From the human T2T-CHM13v2.0 reference genome, Homo sapiens, in assembly GCF_009914755.1 (NCBI RefSeq), contig NC_060926.1: a DNA stretch of 64,000 bases; one strand, given 5' to 3'. This document shows, piece after piece, positions 1 through 13,770 of the stretch. The notes under the pieces are model-generated. The model saw nothing but the letters and a program-made list of their open reading frames with translations. It was not told where the DNA came from and searched no databases. Position numbers and translations under genes: made by a program. Position 1 is the first letter of the stretch. Every line of letters begins with the position of its first letter.

Positions 1-132
1 TTTTTTGTATTTTTAGTAGAGACGGGGTTTCACCGTGTTAGCAAGGATGGTCTCGATTTCCTGACCTCGTGATCCGCCCATCTCGGCCTCCCGAAGTTCT
101 GCGATAACAGGCGTGAGCCACCGCGCCTGCCC
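1..132 (-). mobile_element. Alu (AluY/AluSc-like), left monomer, cut by window edge
   Basis: GTATTTTTAGTAGAGACGGGGTTTCACCGTGTTAGC...GGATGGTCTCGAT...GGCGTGAGCCACCGCGCC; CpG-rich, so relatively young. Confidence 0.95.
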
Positions 133-134
133 TC

Positions 135-235
135 CAGCACTAGACATTCTTACTCGATGGGGCTAGAGCTGAGTCTAGGAATCTACATTTCTAACAAGCT
201 TCAGTGGTGATGCCCGGTGGGATTGAGAACCACTA
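135..235. mobile_element. MER5-like hAT DNA transposon fragment
   Basis: AGGAATCTACATTTCTAACAAGCT...GATTGAGAACCACT resembles the MER5A end. Confidence 0.55.
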
Positions 236-1213
236 AACTAGATCATGTGTACGGTTCCACGCAATTCAGGCATTCTATTACATTTTAAGTGTCTGTGTGC
301 ATGTCCATTTAGTAAAAGCTCCCCAAATTTGATGAACAACCCTCAATCATTTTATCTGGCTAGGATCAGTCATGCCTGGCATTAGGCATTTCCATTTTTG
401 CCCTGAGCAAATGCAGCTGTTGGAGGAAGCGCACGGCCCTGGGAGACAGGCGTGCTCATTCAGAGTGGGCGAACACATGCGCTTACTCATGGATGCAGCT
501 CTCATTTGCCCTCGGGGAGACGGAAGCCTGCGTCAAGGAGCTCCAGCAAGCTGCCCGGATATGAGCCTGTCACTGGGGCCTTGTTGCGGATGACTGTGCC
601 CTGGCCTGCGTGTGTCATGCCAGGTGAAGTCAGAGAGGGGACAATAAGTGTCCCCTGTACCCAGGGTTTGGCAATCTTGCTGCGACCGTCTCATGACCCA
701 GCAGACTACAAACAACTTGCAGTGAAATGTAATAAAAGAGTCCAGAGGGAGTGGAGCATGATGTACACCCCAGCCCTACAGAAGTGACAGCCCAGCCCCT
801 GCGGCTGCATCAGGCTCTAAACAGAGCAGGTGCTGCCACCTCCTGGCCCCACTCAGGCTGAGCCACCGCAGTCTCCAGATGCATTTGGAATCTCAAATTG
901 GGAATTCTGGAGATTCGGCCTCGAAAACACCCCAGAGACCATCTAACTCTTCCCACCCCATGTGCAGAAGAGGAAACTGAGCTCCCTCGATGTTGGCAGT
1001 TTTCCCCCACGTCCGACTGTGTGGCAGAGCCAGAGGCAAGCCCACCTGGTGCTCTTTTCCTAGTGCCTCACTGATCTCCTGCTGCTTTAAGCCAAACAGC
1101 TATGACCCAGTAATCCTGGCCAGAGCGGGAGCTGGGGTTTGTGGTGAGATCTGAGCAAGGAGAGAGGCTTGGCTGCTACTCGGTCCTGTGCCAGCTTGCC
1201 TCCTCCATGCCTA

Positions 1214-1261
1214 ACCTTTGAAGATGAACCGAGACCCACCTTTGGAGATGAACAGAGACCC
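1214..1261. repeat. 24-bp tandem duplication
   Basis: ACCTTTGAAGATGAACCGAGACCC followed by ACCTTTGGAGATGAACAGAGACCC. Confidence 0.9.
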
Positions 1262-1683
1262 TGGTCAGGGAAGAACACTTGCCACTTCTCAGAGAGAAAG
1301 AAATGCTCCACGAATACATCACTTCAAATAGTAGTCTCCATAGCAGACAAGCATCACGTGGAAAAGAGACCCTACTTCCTTGAAACAAAACCACCTTGAG
1401 TGTGCAGATTCTTTGTTGCTGTTGTTCTTGAAAAGTCGTCTAGGACCATAGCAAACACCCCTGTAGCAGAAACCAGCAACCTGCAGAGATGGGGTGTGCC
1501 CAGCAGAGCTGTGTAGAATGTCAAGGCTTGGGGGTAAATGAAATTAAAAGAGGAAAAGGAGAAGGTAGAGAAGAGGAAAAAGCAAAAGAGGGAATAGAGA
1601 GAAGGAAGGACAGGATGGACAGATGAATGCACTGAGTACCAACCTGAGCCAAAGACTGCTAACCCTTGCTTCAATAAGTCTCT

Positions 1684-1960
1684 CATTCATCAAACATTTT
1701 TGGATGCCTACTCTGCCCAAGGCATCCTGCCTGTACCCAGAGTGGACACGACAAGTAATCTCTTACCCCTGCTTTCAAAGAATGTATCAGATAAAGCATG
1801 TGGAAAAGAAATCTTTCCAAGCCAGTGTGATATGAAGTAGAAGGTGATGGATGTTGTGAGAGGGAAGACTCCTGACTATGCAAATCCAGAGGAGGGGCAA
1901 AGAGGGGAGAAATCGAAGAAGGTGGTGTCATTTCATCAAGGCTCCAAAATCATGAGAAGA
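1684..1960 (-). mobile_element. L2 LINE 3' fragment (old)
   Basis: CATTCATCAAACATTTTTGGATGCCTACTCTGCCCAAGGC matches the reverse complement of the L2 3' terminus; boundaries approximate. Confidence 0.55.
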
Positions 1961-3329
1961 ATGGGGGCATGCAAAGATGAAATGTAGGGCATTTCAAGCA
2001 TAAAACAAAGAAAAGGCATGAACTGGACACGGAGGAAAAGTGGTTATGGAGAAGACAGCAGTTGCATCTGGCTAAAATGCAGGTGCAAGAAGGGACACAC
2101 AGGCAATAGGTGGAAAAGGCAGGTGGGGCCAAGTCGAGGAGCAGGTGGTAAAGTGAACTTGAATGCCAAGTTAACTGTTCCCTCGGCATCAGGGAGTCCC
2201 TGCAGGCTCCAAAACAAGACAGGGGCATAATCAACTGTTCCGGATGCTGCAGGGCAAAAGAGCACTCAGTATGAACTCTGCAGCGTGAGGAATGGGGGAG
2301 CTTGAGTTAGGGGGAAGAGGGGTGCCCCATCCACCGGGATTTTATTTTGCAACTCAAAGTGCTGAACAACATATCCCAGTGTTCATATTGCTGGATTATA
2401 TCTGCCAGTTTCTGCTTCCTGTGCACTCACTGCCAGGCTTTCTCCTCTCTGAGCTGCTCTAGAGAACAATAATAACATCCTCTGCTTCCCACTGGCCTGC
2501 ATTCTGTTCTGCTGTCTGAACAATGCATGTGTCTTTGCTCCTCGATGGATGAGGCTTGTATTTCTGATTCAAATTCACAATAAAGTCAAAAGCAATTGTG
2601 CTGGAGCTGCTGGTGGGTCCAATGATCACTACCTTGGATAGAGACTGGGGACTCCCTTGTTCAAGCCCCTACGATGAAGACACATTGGACTTCTCCAGTT
2701 CTGTCCCTCCCCGGAACTTGTAACACAGTGGCACTGAACAATCAGAGCAATTAACAAAATGCTCAGAATGTACAGAAAGGAGATGAAGGAAGTTCAGCAT
2801 TGCAGTTGGTGGGGGCTCCTCCCATCACAATCGATTCATCAAACAAACTTGCCAACTCTCTAAACTTTAATTTCAAATGACTGGGTCCCTTTGTGCACAG
2901 ACAGATAATCAAATTCAGTATGTTGGAAACATGTTTCAGTCTTTTCTGGGTTGTTATTTTTTTTTTCAATTTTAAACAAATAAGAGCTCTTTCCAAGGCA
3001 GTGTTTTATTTCCTTTGCTTCACAGCCTGATTAATGATAGGCTCAGCCCCACAAAAAGCCAAGGGAAGAGAGGAAAATAAATGTGAAGGCCCAGCCATTT
3101 AAGTCCTCTCCTGGCCTTCCAAGAGAGGTTTAATACCCACCGACCACTCCGGGGTACAAATCTGAGCTGGATGCCATGGGTTGGCATGGGGTGAGCCTGA
3201 GTCTATGGCTGAGCTAATTATGCTTTTCAGCCTGGGCTAGGCATTGTCTTAAGAAACCAAGTGGAAATCACCAGGATTCTACAAACCCCCAGATGTTCAC
3301 TTTGAGTTTCTGCCCTTTGATGGTACAAA

Positions 3330-3490
3330 GAGTGATGGACATGGAGTCAGAAGGCCTGGGTTTGGGACCCAGATCTACTCTTTACTGGAGGTGGGACTTT
3401 AACCAAGTCCCTTCCGTCTCCAAACTGAGGCCAGGCCTCAGTCTCCTCAAGTGTGAAGCAGGAATAATGATGTCCACTTCAAAATGTTTA
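3330..3490. mobile_element. MIR SINE fragment
   Basis: TGGAGTCAGAAGGCCTGGGTTTG...GCCTCAGTCTCCTCAAGTGTGAA...ATAATGAT MIR core. Confidence 0.6.
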
Positions 3491-3655
3491 AAAGGAGCTG
3501 GTACCACATCATCTCTTACAGAGAGACTCCTTGGTAGGACCCCCCAACCCCAGAAGCTCCCCTGAGCTATGTACATCTTGTAGGGCATGGATATGGCTGG
3601 AACCAAGGGCTCAGGAAAGGGAGTGACATCTCTGGGTTAGAAATAAAGAATTTCT

Positions 3656-4066
<411 letters not shown>

Positions 4067-6816
4067 CTAACAGAAAAGGCAGTGAAAAGCAAGAGGCACA
4101 GAGGAGAGGGAAGAGCCAGAGGCTGTGATGGGCAGGACACAGCCTCCTCATTCCCCATCCCACCCCACCTGACAGCACTATGCCTCTTATCTACAGCAAA
4201 TTGCTAAACTAATAAAACATGTCACATGTTTAAAGTGGAGTGTGCGGGTGTGTGATGAGACTGCTCTTTGCATCCAGCAATCCAATGCAGCTTAGAACCA
4301 TAAGTCTGTGAGAATTTGCAGAAACCATGAGGACAGGCTTAAGTCTCTCCCAGGCTGTGGAGACTCCTGGTGACATCTGTGTGGTGTTACCATTGCTACA
4401 ATAACAACACATTAGGAACGTTTCATTCAAATGGTTACACTTCCAAAGAACGGGCTTACACTTAGAATCTTGATCCATCTTTGTTCCATCCTGGGCCATT
4501 CCCTGGTGAACACAGCATGGCTGGGACATGGACATGGTAGAATTGGGAGCCTCATTTTCATTTTCAGTCTAGTACAATTCAGGTGAGGAGACAGCGGGAG
4601 CATCTGTTTCTGGGTCTCCAGCAGTAAAGAGGACAGGGCTTCCACACAGTCAGGGGGGGAAAAAAAAAGAGATTTCAAGAGGAAACAGAACTAACAATGT
4701 CCCTGGCAGGTTAGTTTCATGCTGCACCTGTTCTACTGGTTTGCTCACTTCTGCCTCAGTGACATTTTGCATATTTTACTCACAGTGCCTTGAAGTAGTT
4801 TAACTTTCAATAGGGTGCTTTTTGGCAGTTCTCCTAACCTAATTAGGTATCTGCCTAAGCCAGGGGAGTGACACATTTTTCTGGCCAAAGTAACCGTCCC
4901 AAGATCATGAGCATGCCTAACACATCCGAGTCCAGTGCTCACAGTGGACATCACTTATGTAGTTCTGCCAGGAAGGTACTGAGCTTTCATCTTTGCCTCA
5001 TGTCTATAGTCTATTCTATTTCATTTGGAGCTCATCATCCGTGGTATTGCCTTGCAAATTATTTATCCATCGGGTTATTGTAGTAAACTTGTAAGCAGAT
5101 GGGGTTTTAGACTTTCCATCCTGCCTCAAAGAAAAATGAACAAGGAGTGCAAGACACCTAAAATCCCTCATCCATCACCGCCTCCTGCCAGGTGATCTGC
5201 TTCCGCTATCCATGCTGTACACATCTCCTGCACTTCTCTCTGTATTCTGCTACAAGGAAGAGGTGAATCAACAGCGCCTCTGATGTCAGCGACACCCAGA
5301 TGTTGGGCCTGCTCTTCTTCTTTCTGTCTAGGCCACATGTTCTGGGCTTTCCTGGTTTTCTTTACAGAGCTCCAACACTGGCATTTATTTATAAACCGTA
5401 GCCTTGGCTTCCCTTTAGTTTTCACCTCACGTCCCTAATCCAGGCCTCACCTTCAAAGCTTCCTAGCGCTCTTCTCTGACAGACCCAAATTCCCTTATTT
5501 CCATCAGGGTCTGTCTATACCAGGGCACTAATTAACTTCTGGCTCTCCAAGTTACAGAGCTCATTTGCTGACTCACAGGAGACAACCAAAGGAAGTCCTT
5601 CATTAGCATTCCTGAGCTGCTCATTAGCCACTGGGAGAATCACACCATCCAAGCTGTCAAATGCACCCAACTACAGGAAGGAAAAACAACGCTGCTTGGA
5701 TTAATGACTCCAGGCATTGGGCATCTCCTAAGAGCCCAGCACTATGGGAGGAGAGGTATCAAATCCGTGTGAGGCAAACCCCTGTCACCAAGGAGATAAG
5801 AGCAAGACTCACAAGCATGAAACAAATAAAATATAGTATAGAAAAAGAATAGAAGACATCAAGACCAAGTTAGGTTTATTCCCAAAAGGAAGGCTATTTC
5901 AACATTTTGAAAATATGTCAATGTTAATGTTAACTTAAAAGAAAAATATTTAAATGAATATAATCATTGTAATAAATGAGGAAAAATCATCTGATGATAT
6001 TTAACACCAATTCATGATTTAAAAGGAAAAAAATAACTTTTTAGCCAACAAGTAATAGAAGGAAACTTTCTTCATTCCATGAAGGATGGCTACCAAAACT
6101 CCTACAGCAAACATTACATTTAATGGTAAATTGTTGAAAGATTTTCCTCTGAGGTTAGAAGCAAAATCAGAATGATCATTACCCTTACTTTCCAATTACT
6201 GGGTAAATTGGATCACCACATGGAAAAAAAAATGACCCCTATCTCACACCACACACAAAAACCAATTCCAGGTAGATTAAATCTAAATATGAAAAACAAA
6301 ACGATAAAGCTTCTAAATAATAATAGAAGAATTAATCATAGTGGTAGGCAAAGATTTCTTAAACAGAATACAAATAGCACTAGCCATAAAGAAAAAATTG
6401 ATAAATTGATCTACATTAAAATTAGAAACTGCTGTGTTTCAAAGCACACCATTGGTAGAAAAAAAGACGTTATATGTAACCGGGAAAAATAAGCCTATCC
6501 AGACTATATAAATAACTTTTGCAAATCAATTAAGCAGACAACTCAATTTTAAAATGCAGCAAAAGACTTGAATAGGCATTTTAGAAAGGAGATATTCAAA
6601 TGGCCAATAAACACATAAAAGTTGCTTAAACTCATTAGAGATCAAGGAAATGCCTATTACATAAAACTACAATACGATGCCACTATACTTCTCCCAGAAT
6701 GATTACAATTTTAGGAGCTGACTATACAAAGTGTTGGTGAGAATGCGGGTCACCTGAACCTCTCTTGATTGCTGGTAAGGTTGTCACTCAGTATAACCAT
6801 TTTAAGAAAGTGGCAG

Positions 6817-6915
6817 TGTATTAGTCCATTCTCACACTGCTATAAAGATACTACCCAAGACTAGGTAATTTATAAATGAAAGAGGGTTTAATGGACTAAC
6901 AGTTCCACATGGCTG
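6817..6915 (-). mobile_element. MST/THE1 (MaLR) LTR 3'-end fragment
   Basis: TGTATTAGTCCATTCTCACACTGCTATAAAGATACTACCCAAGACTAGGTAATTTATAAA. Confidence 0.85.
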
Positions 6916-7298
6916 AAAAAACTCCTCAGACAGAATCTACTGAAGTTGAGGGTACACACAGTCTGAACCAGCAATTCTGCTGCCCAATAGGAATGCCCAA
7001 TCTGCCCAATAGAAATGCCTACATATGTGCACCAAAAAACACATACAAGAATGTTCATAGCAGCACTGTTCATGATAGCCCCAAAACGAAATCAACCCAA
7101 ATGTTAATCAACCAGAGAATGGATAAATATGTTTTGTATATGCACAATGAAATATTACACAGCAGAAATGAATAAACTGCTACACATAATGGTATGGACG
7201 AATCTTACAAACATGAAGCTGAATAAAAGAAGCCCAGGCTTAAAAGAACCCATAGTATATGATTCCATTCATATAAGATTAAAATATAGGCAAAATGA

Positions 7299-7670
<372 letters not shown>

Positions 7671-7726
7671 TAGATATGAGTAGTCATTACCTGGATTTGT
7701 TCACTGTGTGATATTTATCAAGGTGA

Positions 7727-7932
7727 AGTGGTATACAAAGGTAGAGAGGCCACCAGAGTGGTCTACTCCAGCAAGGATGAGTATCTTATCACTGACGTTT
7801 ATTAGAATATCCAATGCATGATGGTAATAAAAGCTGCTTTTTTCCTGTTTTTAGATTCTCTACAGACAATGAACCCCCTTATTGCCTGAAGCTGGGGTGG
7901 ACTACTGCTTCCTTCACCCCTCACTACTACTT
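7727..7932. mobile_element. hAT-type MITE (MER97-like) inside L1 3'UTR
   Basis: Degenerate terminal inverted similarity (AGTGGTATAC...GTGGTCTACTCCAGC vs GCTGGGGTGGACTAC...CTACT); family name from memory. Confidence 0.45.
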
Positions 7933-8157
7933 GTCAAACTATACACCTAAGAGTTGTACAATTTCTGTATGCATGCTACACTTTGATAAAAATATTTATT
8001 TTTAAATGTTAATGGTAATATTTAAGAGAACATCAATTAAGAAAATACAACCGATCACTTCTAAACCAGACAACATTACTATAAAAGATAAACCCAAATT
8101 CATTTCATGATAGTGGCTAACACTGAGAAGGAAGGAAAATGGGACTTCAACTTTATC

Positions 8158-8185
8158 TGTGTGTGTGACAGTGTGTGTGTGTGTG

Positions 8186-8223
<38 letters not shown>

Positions 8224-8243
8224 TGAGAGAGAGAGAGAGAGAG
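8158..8243 (+). repeat. Compound (TG)n(AG)n microsatellite
   Basis: Direct observation. Confidence 0.97.
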
Positions 8244-8995
8244 GTGAAAAAGCCTGAACCAAGGGCCACCTATATCAAAGTCATTTCTTTGGGAGGGATA
8301 ATGAAGGCAAGCACTGTATCATCAATATGGCCACAAAAGAAAGGTTTCATTCAAAAACACACAAGAAAAGAGTTAGCAAAAAGTGTCCATGATGTCCATG
8401 GGGCTCCTTCTCTGGCTCCAGCAAGGGAATGTGGTAGGGAGGAGAAACCAGTAGTGCCTGCTACTCTTGTCCAGCAGGGTCTGAGCTCATGCAGCAGACA
8501 AAGAGACCTTCAGACCTGGACCTGTGGCAGGTGCTTCTAGAAATCCTCCAGACATTAGTGGAGTGATTGGGGCTGAAATCAAGACAGCCCAAGAAGGAGG
8601 GTCAGCCTTAGGGGTGGTGGCACCACCGAGGTGAAGTGGGGCATCAGGGTTGCTGCCAACCTCCTGTAATGTCCTCTTGAGCTTTGGGGACCCAAGAGCT
8701 CAGGGCCTAGCAAAAGGAGTCACCTCCGGACAAGCAAGCGGAGGCCCACTTAACCACACAGGGTAAGTTAGTAAGAGTCATGCCCATCCTCATGGCACTT
8801 TGCCGTTCTCAAAGTGCATCCCAATATAACCTTTTGTTTTATGTCCTGAGTCACCTCGTAGAGTTGGCAAAGACTATGTTTTTCCTCTTCTCTCATAAAA
8901 AGTAATAAATGCTTATCATAAAATTTAGAAAATGAAGGGAAGAAAGTACCTACAGATATCATACTTAACATTTTTAATAGTATTTCATATTCTAT

Positions 8996-9130
8996 GGGCT
9001 AGGTTTGTTGTTTTCTTTCCTCTTTATTAGTATGATTAGATTTGTTGTTTTTCCTCTTTACTAATCATATTAGTAATCATATTAGTTTACTAATCATATT
9101 AGTAAAGAGAAAAAACAACAAATCTAGCTC
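8996..9130. repeat. Complex inverted repeat with internal 13-mer triplication
   Basis: 29-bp arms 9037-9065 / 9098-9126 (1 mismatch); TAATCATATTAGT x3. Confidence 0.9.
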
Positions 9131-10057
9131 AAAATCATATAAATATACATATATATCATATATATCATATAAATATACAAATATATAAATATACATAGCC
9201 GGGTTTACTATATCCATTTTAAAGATAAGTAACTTGAGGCTCAAAGAAGTTAAATAACTTGTCCAAAGACACAGGACTGCTGAATGAGGAAGCCAGTCTA
9301 GAATAAAAACATTCTGGCACTCTATTCTCCCTTTGGATGAATTTGAGAAACAAGTAAGGTCTCACTTCTTTGTCATCCTTCCATAAATAAAAAAGTCATT
9401 TCCTTTTTTATCTGCCCTTCCTGGCAGAAAAGGAAGAGAAAACACGAATTCTCAACCAGAAAAGAGCCATGAAAGCTGCCACTGGGTAGCTGGGATCAAG
9501 GGCAGCTGTGAATGGGGGCTGAGGGGCGTCACAGTGGGCTGCCCACTCTTTACTCTGGCTTTGAACAGTGTATTAGTCAGGGGCCTGCCAGAAAACAGAT
9601 GGTCCCCTCTAAAGTAGGTAGGAAAAGCAAGTTTAATGAAGGGACTGTTTACAAACGTGTGAAAAGAGCTAAGAAAACTCACCAAAAAATGATAAAGCAT
9701 CCTGAGTCTAAAAGCAGTGGTACTGGAACCTGCACAATGCTAGGGCCATGGGAGAAGAGCTCGGTCTCCCCAAACCATTGCCATGAAGGAAGGAGTTAGA
9801 AATACACTCCCCAACTTTTCTCTACTCCAGGTTCTGAACCTGCCATAATCTCTCAAGGACTGAAGTCAACCAGAAGCCAGAGAGCAAAGGAACTGGATAA
9901 AGCCCTGGGGTCAGCCCCCTAGAACAGGGCAAGAGGGGCCAAGAGAGGAGACCCAGGGTGAGTTTTCCTATTTCTTCCTCATAGAGGGAGCCAAACAGGG
10001 GCTGTTCCTGAATTAGAATGACACAACAGAATTCAGAAGCACTAACTGGGTCTACAC

Positions 10058-10272
10058 CTGGGATGGGCAACCTCGTGAAGCCTGCAGGCCAAATCCCACT
10101 CAAGGCCTGTTGTTATAAAGTTTTATAGGAACACGGCCACACCCATTTGTGTATGTATTATCTATGAGGCAGCTGTCACACATACCGCAACATCCAAGTT
10201 GAGTGGTTGTGACAGAGACTCTATGGCCTGCCTAAATATTTAGAGCCTAAAATATTTACTAGCTGACCCTTC
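10058..10272. mobile_element. MER58A-like hAT-Charlie MITE
   Basis: ATAAAGTTTTATAGGAACACGGCCACACCCATTTG...GTTGTGACAGAGAC...CCTAAAATATTTACTA. Confidence 0.8.
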
Positions 10273-10287
10273 TTAGTGACAAGAATC

Positions 10288-10560
10288 ATATTCATTTAAC
10301 ATTCCATCTTACCAGTATTTATGAAATGCTTATTATATGCCAGATACTATTTCAGAAACTGGGGATATAGCAGTGATCAAAATGAACAAAAATCCCTGCC
10401 CTTGTGGAGCTTGTGGGAGAGATAGATACTAAACAAATAAATAAGAAAATTCTATAGAATCTAAAAATTGATGAATGTTTTGAAAAAAATAGAGGTGAAT
10501 AAGGGGACAGGATATGCCACGGAGTGGGGGGGGCTTTACCTTAATCTTCTCACTGAACCC
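10288..10560 (-). mobile_element. L2 LINE 3' fragment
   Basis: TATTTATGAAATGCTTATTATATGCCAG...GGGGATATAGCAGTGA...AATCCCTGCCCTTGTGGAGCTT. Confidence 0.75.
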
Positions 10561-13101
10561 TAATGTAATGCAATGAGGTAATACCCTCCCTACTTCTTCA
10601 TGAAAAGGAAAATGAGACCACAAGCTGGCTCAAGACCAAAATCAATGATTTTGCTGGGATTGGAACCCATATCTGTCTGCTCCAAAACCCTTGTTTGTGC
10701 CACCTTCTGAAAATGAGGATACAGGCTCAGAAAAGTAAAGCGACTTCCGATAAGTTTTATCTTTTGATGATAATCAGGGTTAGTTATCTTCATCCTCCTA
10801 AGGGTGACCTGCACAACCTTACACTGTGAGTTATGAGCCAAGCAAGGCTTAGAACCCAGACCTTCTGAAGCCAAACCCACACATTTAATCCACAGTCATC
10901 AGACCAACTTTTTAGCAGGAAATGTTTTGAAGGGTTGATTGGAATTGAGAAGGGTTAAGCCAAATGTGAAACAGACTCATAGAAAACAAAGGAGCACTTC
11001 CTACACTTTAAATTGGTTTGCTTAGGGATGCAATTAACAAGCAAACATAGACTGGCAATGCTACTAAACACATACTTCCCCAAAGACAGAGTGAGGATGC
11101 TAACAACATCATGGCTGTTAGCTTGCCCAGGTCAGACTTTCCCAAATATCTGTAATCAATTGTTCTCCTATCTTCCAAAAGACAGATTACAATCATCTTG
11201 CTACACGGATGTTGGTTTGGGTTGTGGAGAAGAGGAATGAATATCCAGGGATGTATTACAACAAAACAAATTTTTATCTCTCAAATGTCCCTCCCAAGAT
11301 GGCAGCAGCTCCTGCTCTCAGACAATGTGGTCTAGGGAGCTCTAAGTAGGAAGCCCAGGGTCATAAAGAGCCTGTCATTGATTCTCCCTCCAGTTAATGA
11401 AGTCCCTAGGCTAGAGGAGCTATTAAATTTCAGTGCCAAGTATTAGTGGCTTTTGCTGGTTATAGTGATTCAACAGCCCCCAGTGAGGGTGAATCACAGG
11501 AAGAGCTGGAGAGCTGAATGTGGCCCTGGAGCCCAGGCAGTCTTGTTCACGGATATCACCTGGCATTCACATTGGCCAAGCAGCCGGGCCCTTGGAGCAA
11601 ATACCACCAGCACCATCCCATCTGGCCACCATCATTCCAGCCATGGCTGTTTGGTCCTTGCCCTCAAAGCCAGGACACATCAACACTGGGGCTGCTCTTT
11701 GGGCAAATGAAGAAAAAGAAGATGCCAGGGACCATACGTCACCATGAAATGTATGCCCCTGCAGGCCCTCCATGGGTATTCCAATCCAAGGAGGAGAGAC
11801 AAAAACATAAATGAGAAAGCTGAATGATGAAAGACCTGAATTAGAGATTAAGCAGCAAAGGAAGCAGCATAAATAGTCTTTGGGTAATAGGGTTCATAGA
11901 GAATGGGAGGGAAGAGAATGAGATTTTTGGAATATGGCTTATCTTGCCAGGGAAGAGGTAGTTTCTTAAATGAGCTACATCCATCCAGATAGCAGCCACC
12001 CTTACTTGGCACTTGTAATGGTTATCTTCCTAATATACTTCTTAAAGATGCTATCCCACCTTCATAAAGACTTCCCCACCCCCAGGCCAAGGTGGATGAC
12101 TGACCCCAGGTGCCTCAATTTCTTCCCTGCTGGACAGCAACATGAAATGACAATGGGAGACCAAGTCAGCCAGGAGGAGCCACACTGGGGATTTTAGATT
12201 CAGAGGCTACACCGTGTGGAGGCCTCAGGGCTGCGGGGGAATAAATGTAGGGATGGATGTGCAGAAGAGCAGAGAAAATGGCCAGCGTAGCCCAGGGGGA
12301 AGGAAGGAGTAGGCTGGTAGCATTAGGTTCCCCGAGCCATCAGAAGCTCCCCGAGGACGCCTGCTTGTTCCAGTGAGTTTCTCTTCCTTGAAACTGAACT
12401 GTTCTGGACGAAAGGTTTTTGTTCTCTGCTGTCCTTTGTAAAGTTTTACAGGTGAGGGGAAAAGATTGGCTTCTTTTTAGGAAAAAAAAAAAAAAAAGAC
12501 ATGCAGCAGCAGCAGAACTGCTGTCGGGGTGGGTGGATCTGAGTTCATCATCAGGTTCTGAATACTTCTCAGTATGATCTTGGGCAAGTTATAGCTGCTC
12601 TCTCTGACCTCTGTTTCCTCATCAATAAGAGGATCAATGGTCACCAGCCTGAAGTTCATGAACTCATCCTTGAGCCTGCAGGTAATAATAGGGTTTAATA
12701 ATATCACATATCACCAAACTCCTCATAGAAAGTCTGCATTTTTCCACCCAAAGCATGCACAGGCTAGTCTGTCCTTCCTGCACACAGCTCTGCACAGCTT
12801 TCGCACACACACCAGCTCTGCTCACTCGGCTGCTGCCCTCATCAGACTGTGTGAGCTGTTTGAAGGGAAGGGCTGAATCAAATGCACACCACATGAGTAA
12901 TTAAAATGCTCTGCTAGATAATTCTCCAGGAGACAGAGAGGTAGCTGTTAAAACTATTGCATCTCACAGTTGGAAGTGACCTCAGGAAGTGGCCTTAAGG
13001 ATCTAAGACACTCATATTCAGTGAACAAATATACTGGTGGTATTTGTTCATTTCCATAGACTTTCCTTCCTTCATTTGTCAAATGAAAGGCATGGTTGTT
13101 A

Positions 13102-13394
13102 GGCCGGGTGTGGTGGCTCGTGCCTGTAATCCCAGCATTTTGGGAGGCCGAGGTGGGTGGATCACTTGAGGTCAGGAGTTCGAGACCAGCCTGGCCAACA
13201 TGGTGAAACCCCATCTCTACTAAAAATACAAAAATTAGCTGGGCATGGTGGCAGGCACCTGTAATCCTAGCTACTCGGAAGGCTGAGGTGGGAGAATTGC
13301 TTGAACCCAGGAGGCAGAGGTGCAGTGAGCAGAGATCGTGCCACCACACTCCAGCCTGGGTGACAGAGCAAGACTGTATCAAAAAAAAAAAAAA
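13102..13394 (+). mobile_element. AluS (Sx/Sz), full length
   Basis: 19-bp TSD AAATGAAAGGCATGGTTGT at 13081-13099 and 13395-13413. Confidence 0.97.
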
Positions 13395-13424
13395 AAATGA
13401 AAGGCATGGTTGTGTTTTAGCTTT

Positions 13425-13770
13425 GTGTTTTAGTTTTCTATTGCTATGTAACAAATTGCCAGTAACTTAGCAGCTTAACACAAGATTTACAGTTCTAAAG
13501 GTCAAAAGTCCCAGCTGGCATGGCTGAGTTCTCTGCCCAGGATATCACAAGGCTGAAATCCAGGTATCACCCAGAGAAAACTCTTAGCTTTTAAAAGGGT
13601 TTGTGTGATTAGGTTAGGCCCACCAGATAATCTCCCTGTCTTAAGGTGAACTGATTAGTAATGTTAAATACATCTGCAAAATCCTTTTTGCCAAGTAAGA
13701 TAACATGATCTACAGGAGTAATGCCAGGGGTGAAGGTCATGAAGGCTATCATAGAATTCCGGTTCACACT
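13425..13770 (-). mobile_element. MLT1 (MaLR) LTR, internally deleted
   Basis: TTAGTTTTCTATTGCTATGTAACAAATT...GATTAGGTTAGGCCCACCAGATAATCTCCCT...CATCTGCAAAATCC. Confidence 0.75.

Noticed and set aside
12954-13454. 166-aa ORF and the many similar FFFF...LLPRLECSG / [15 protein letters not shown] ORFs
   Set aside because: Antisense Alu translations.
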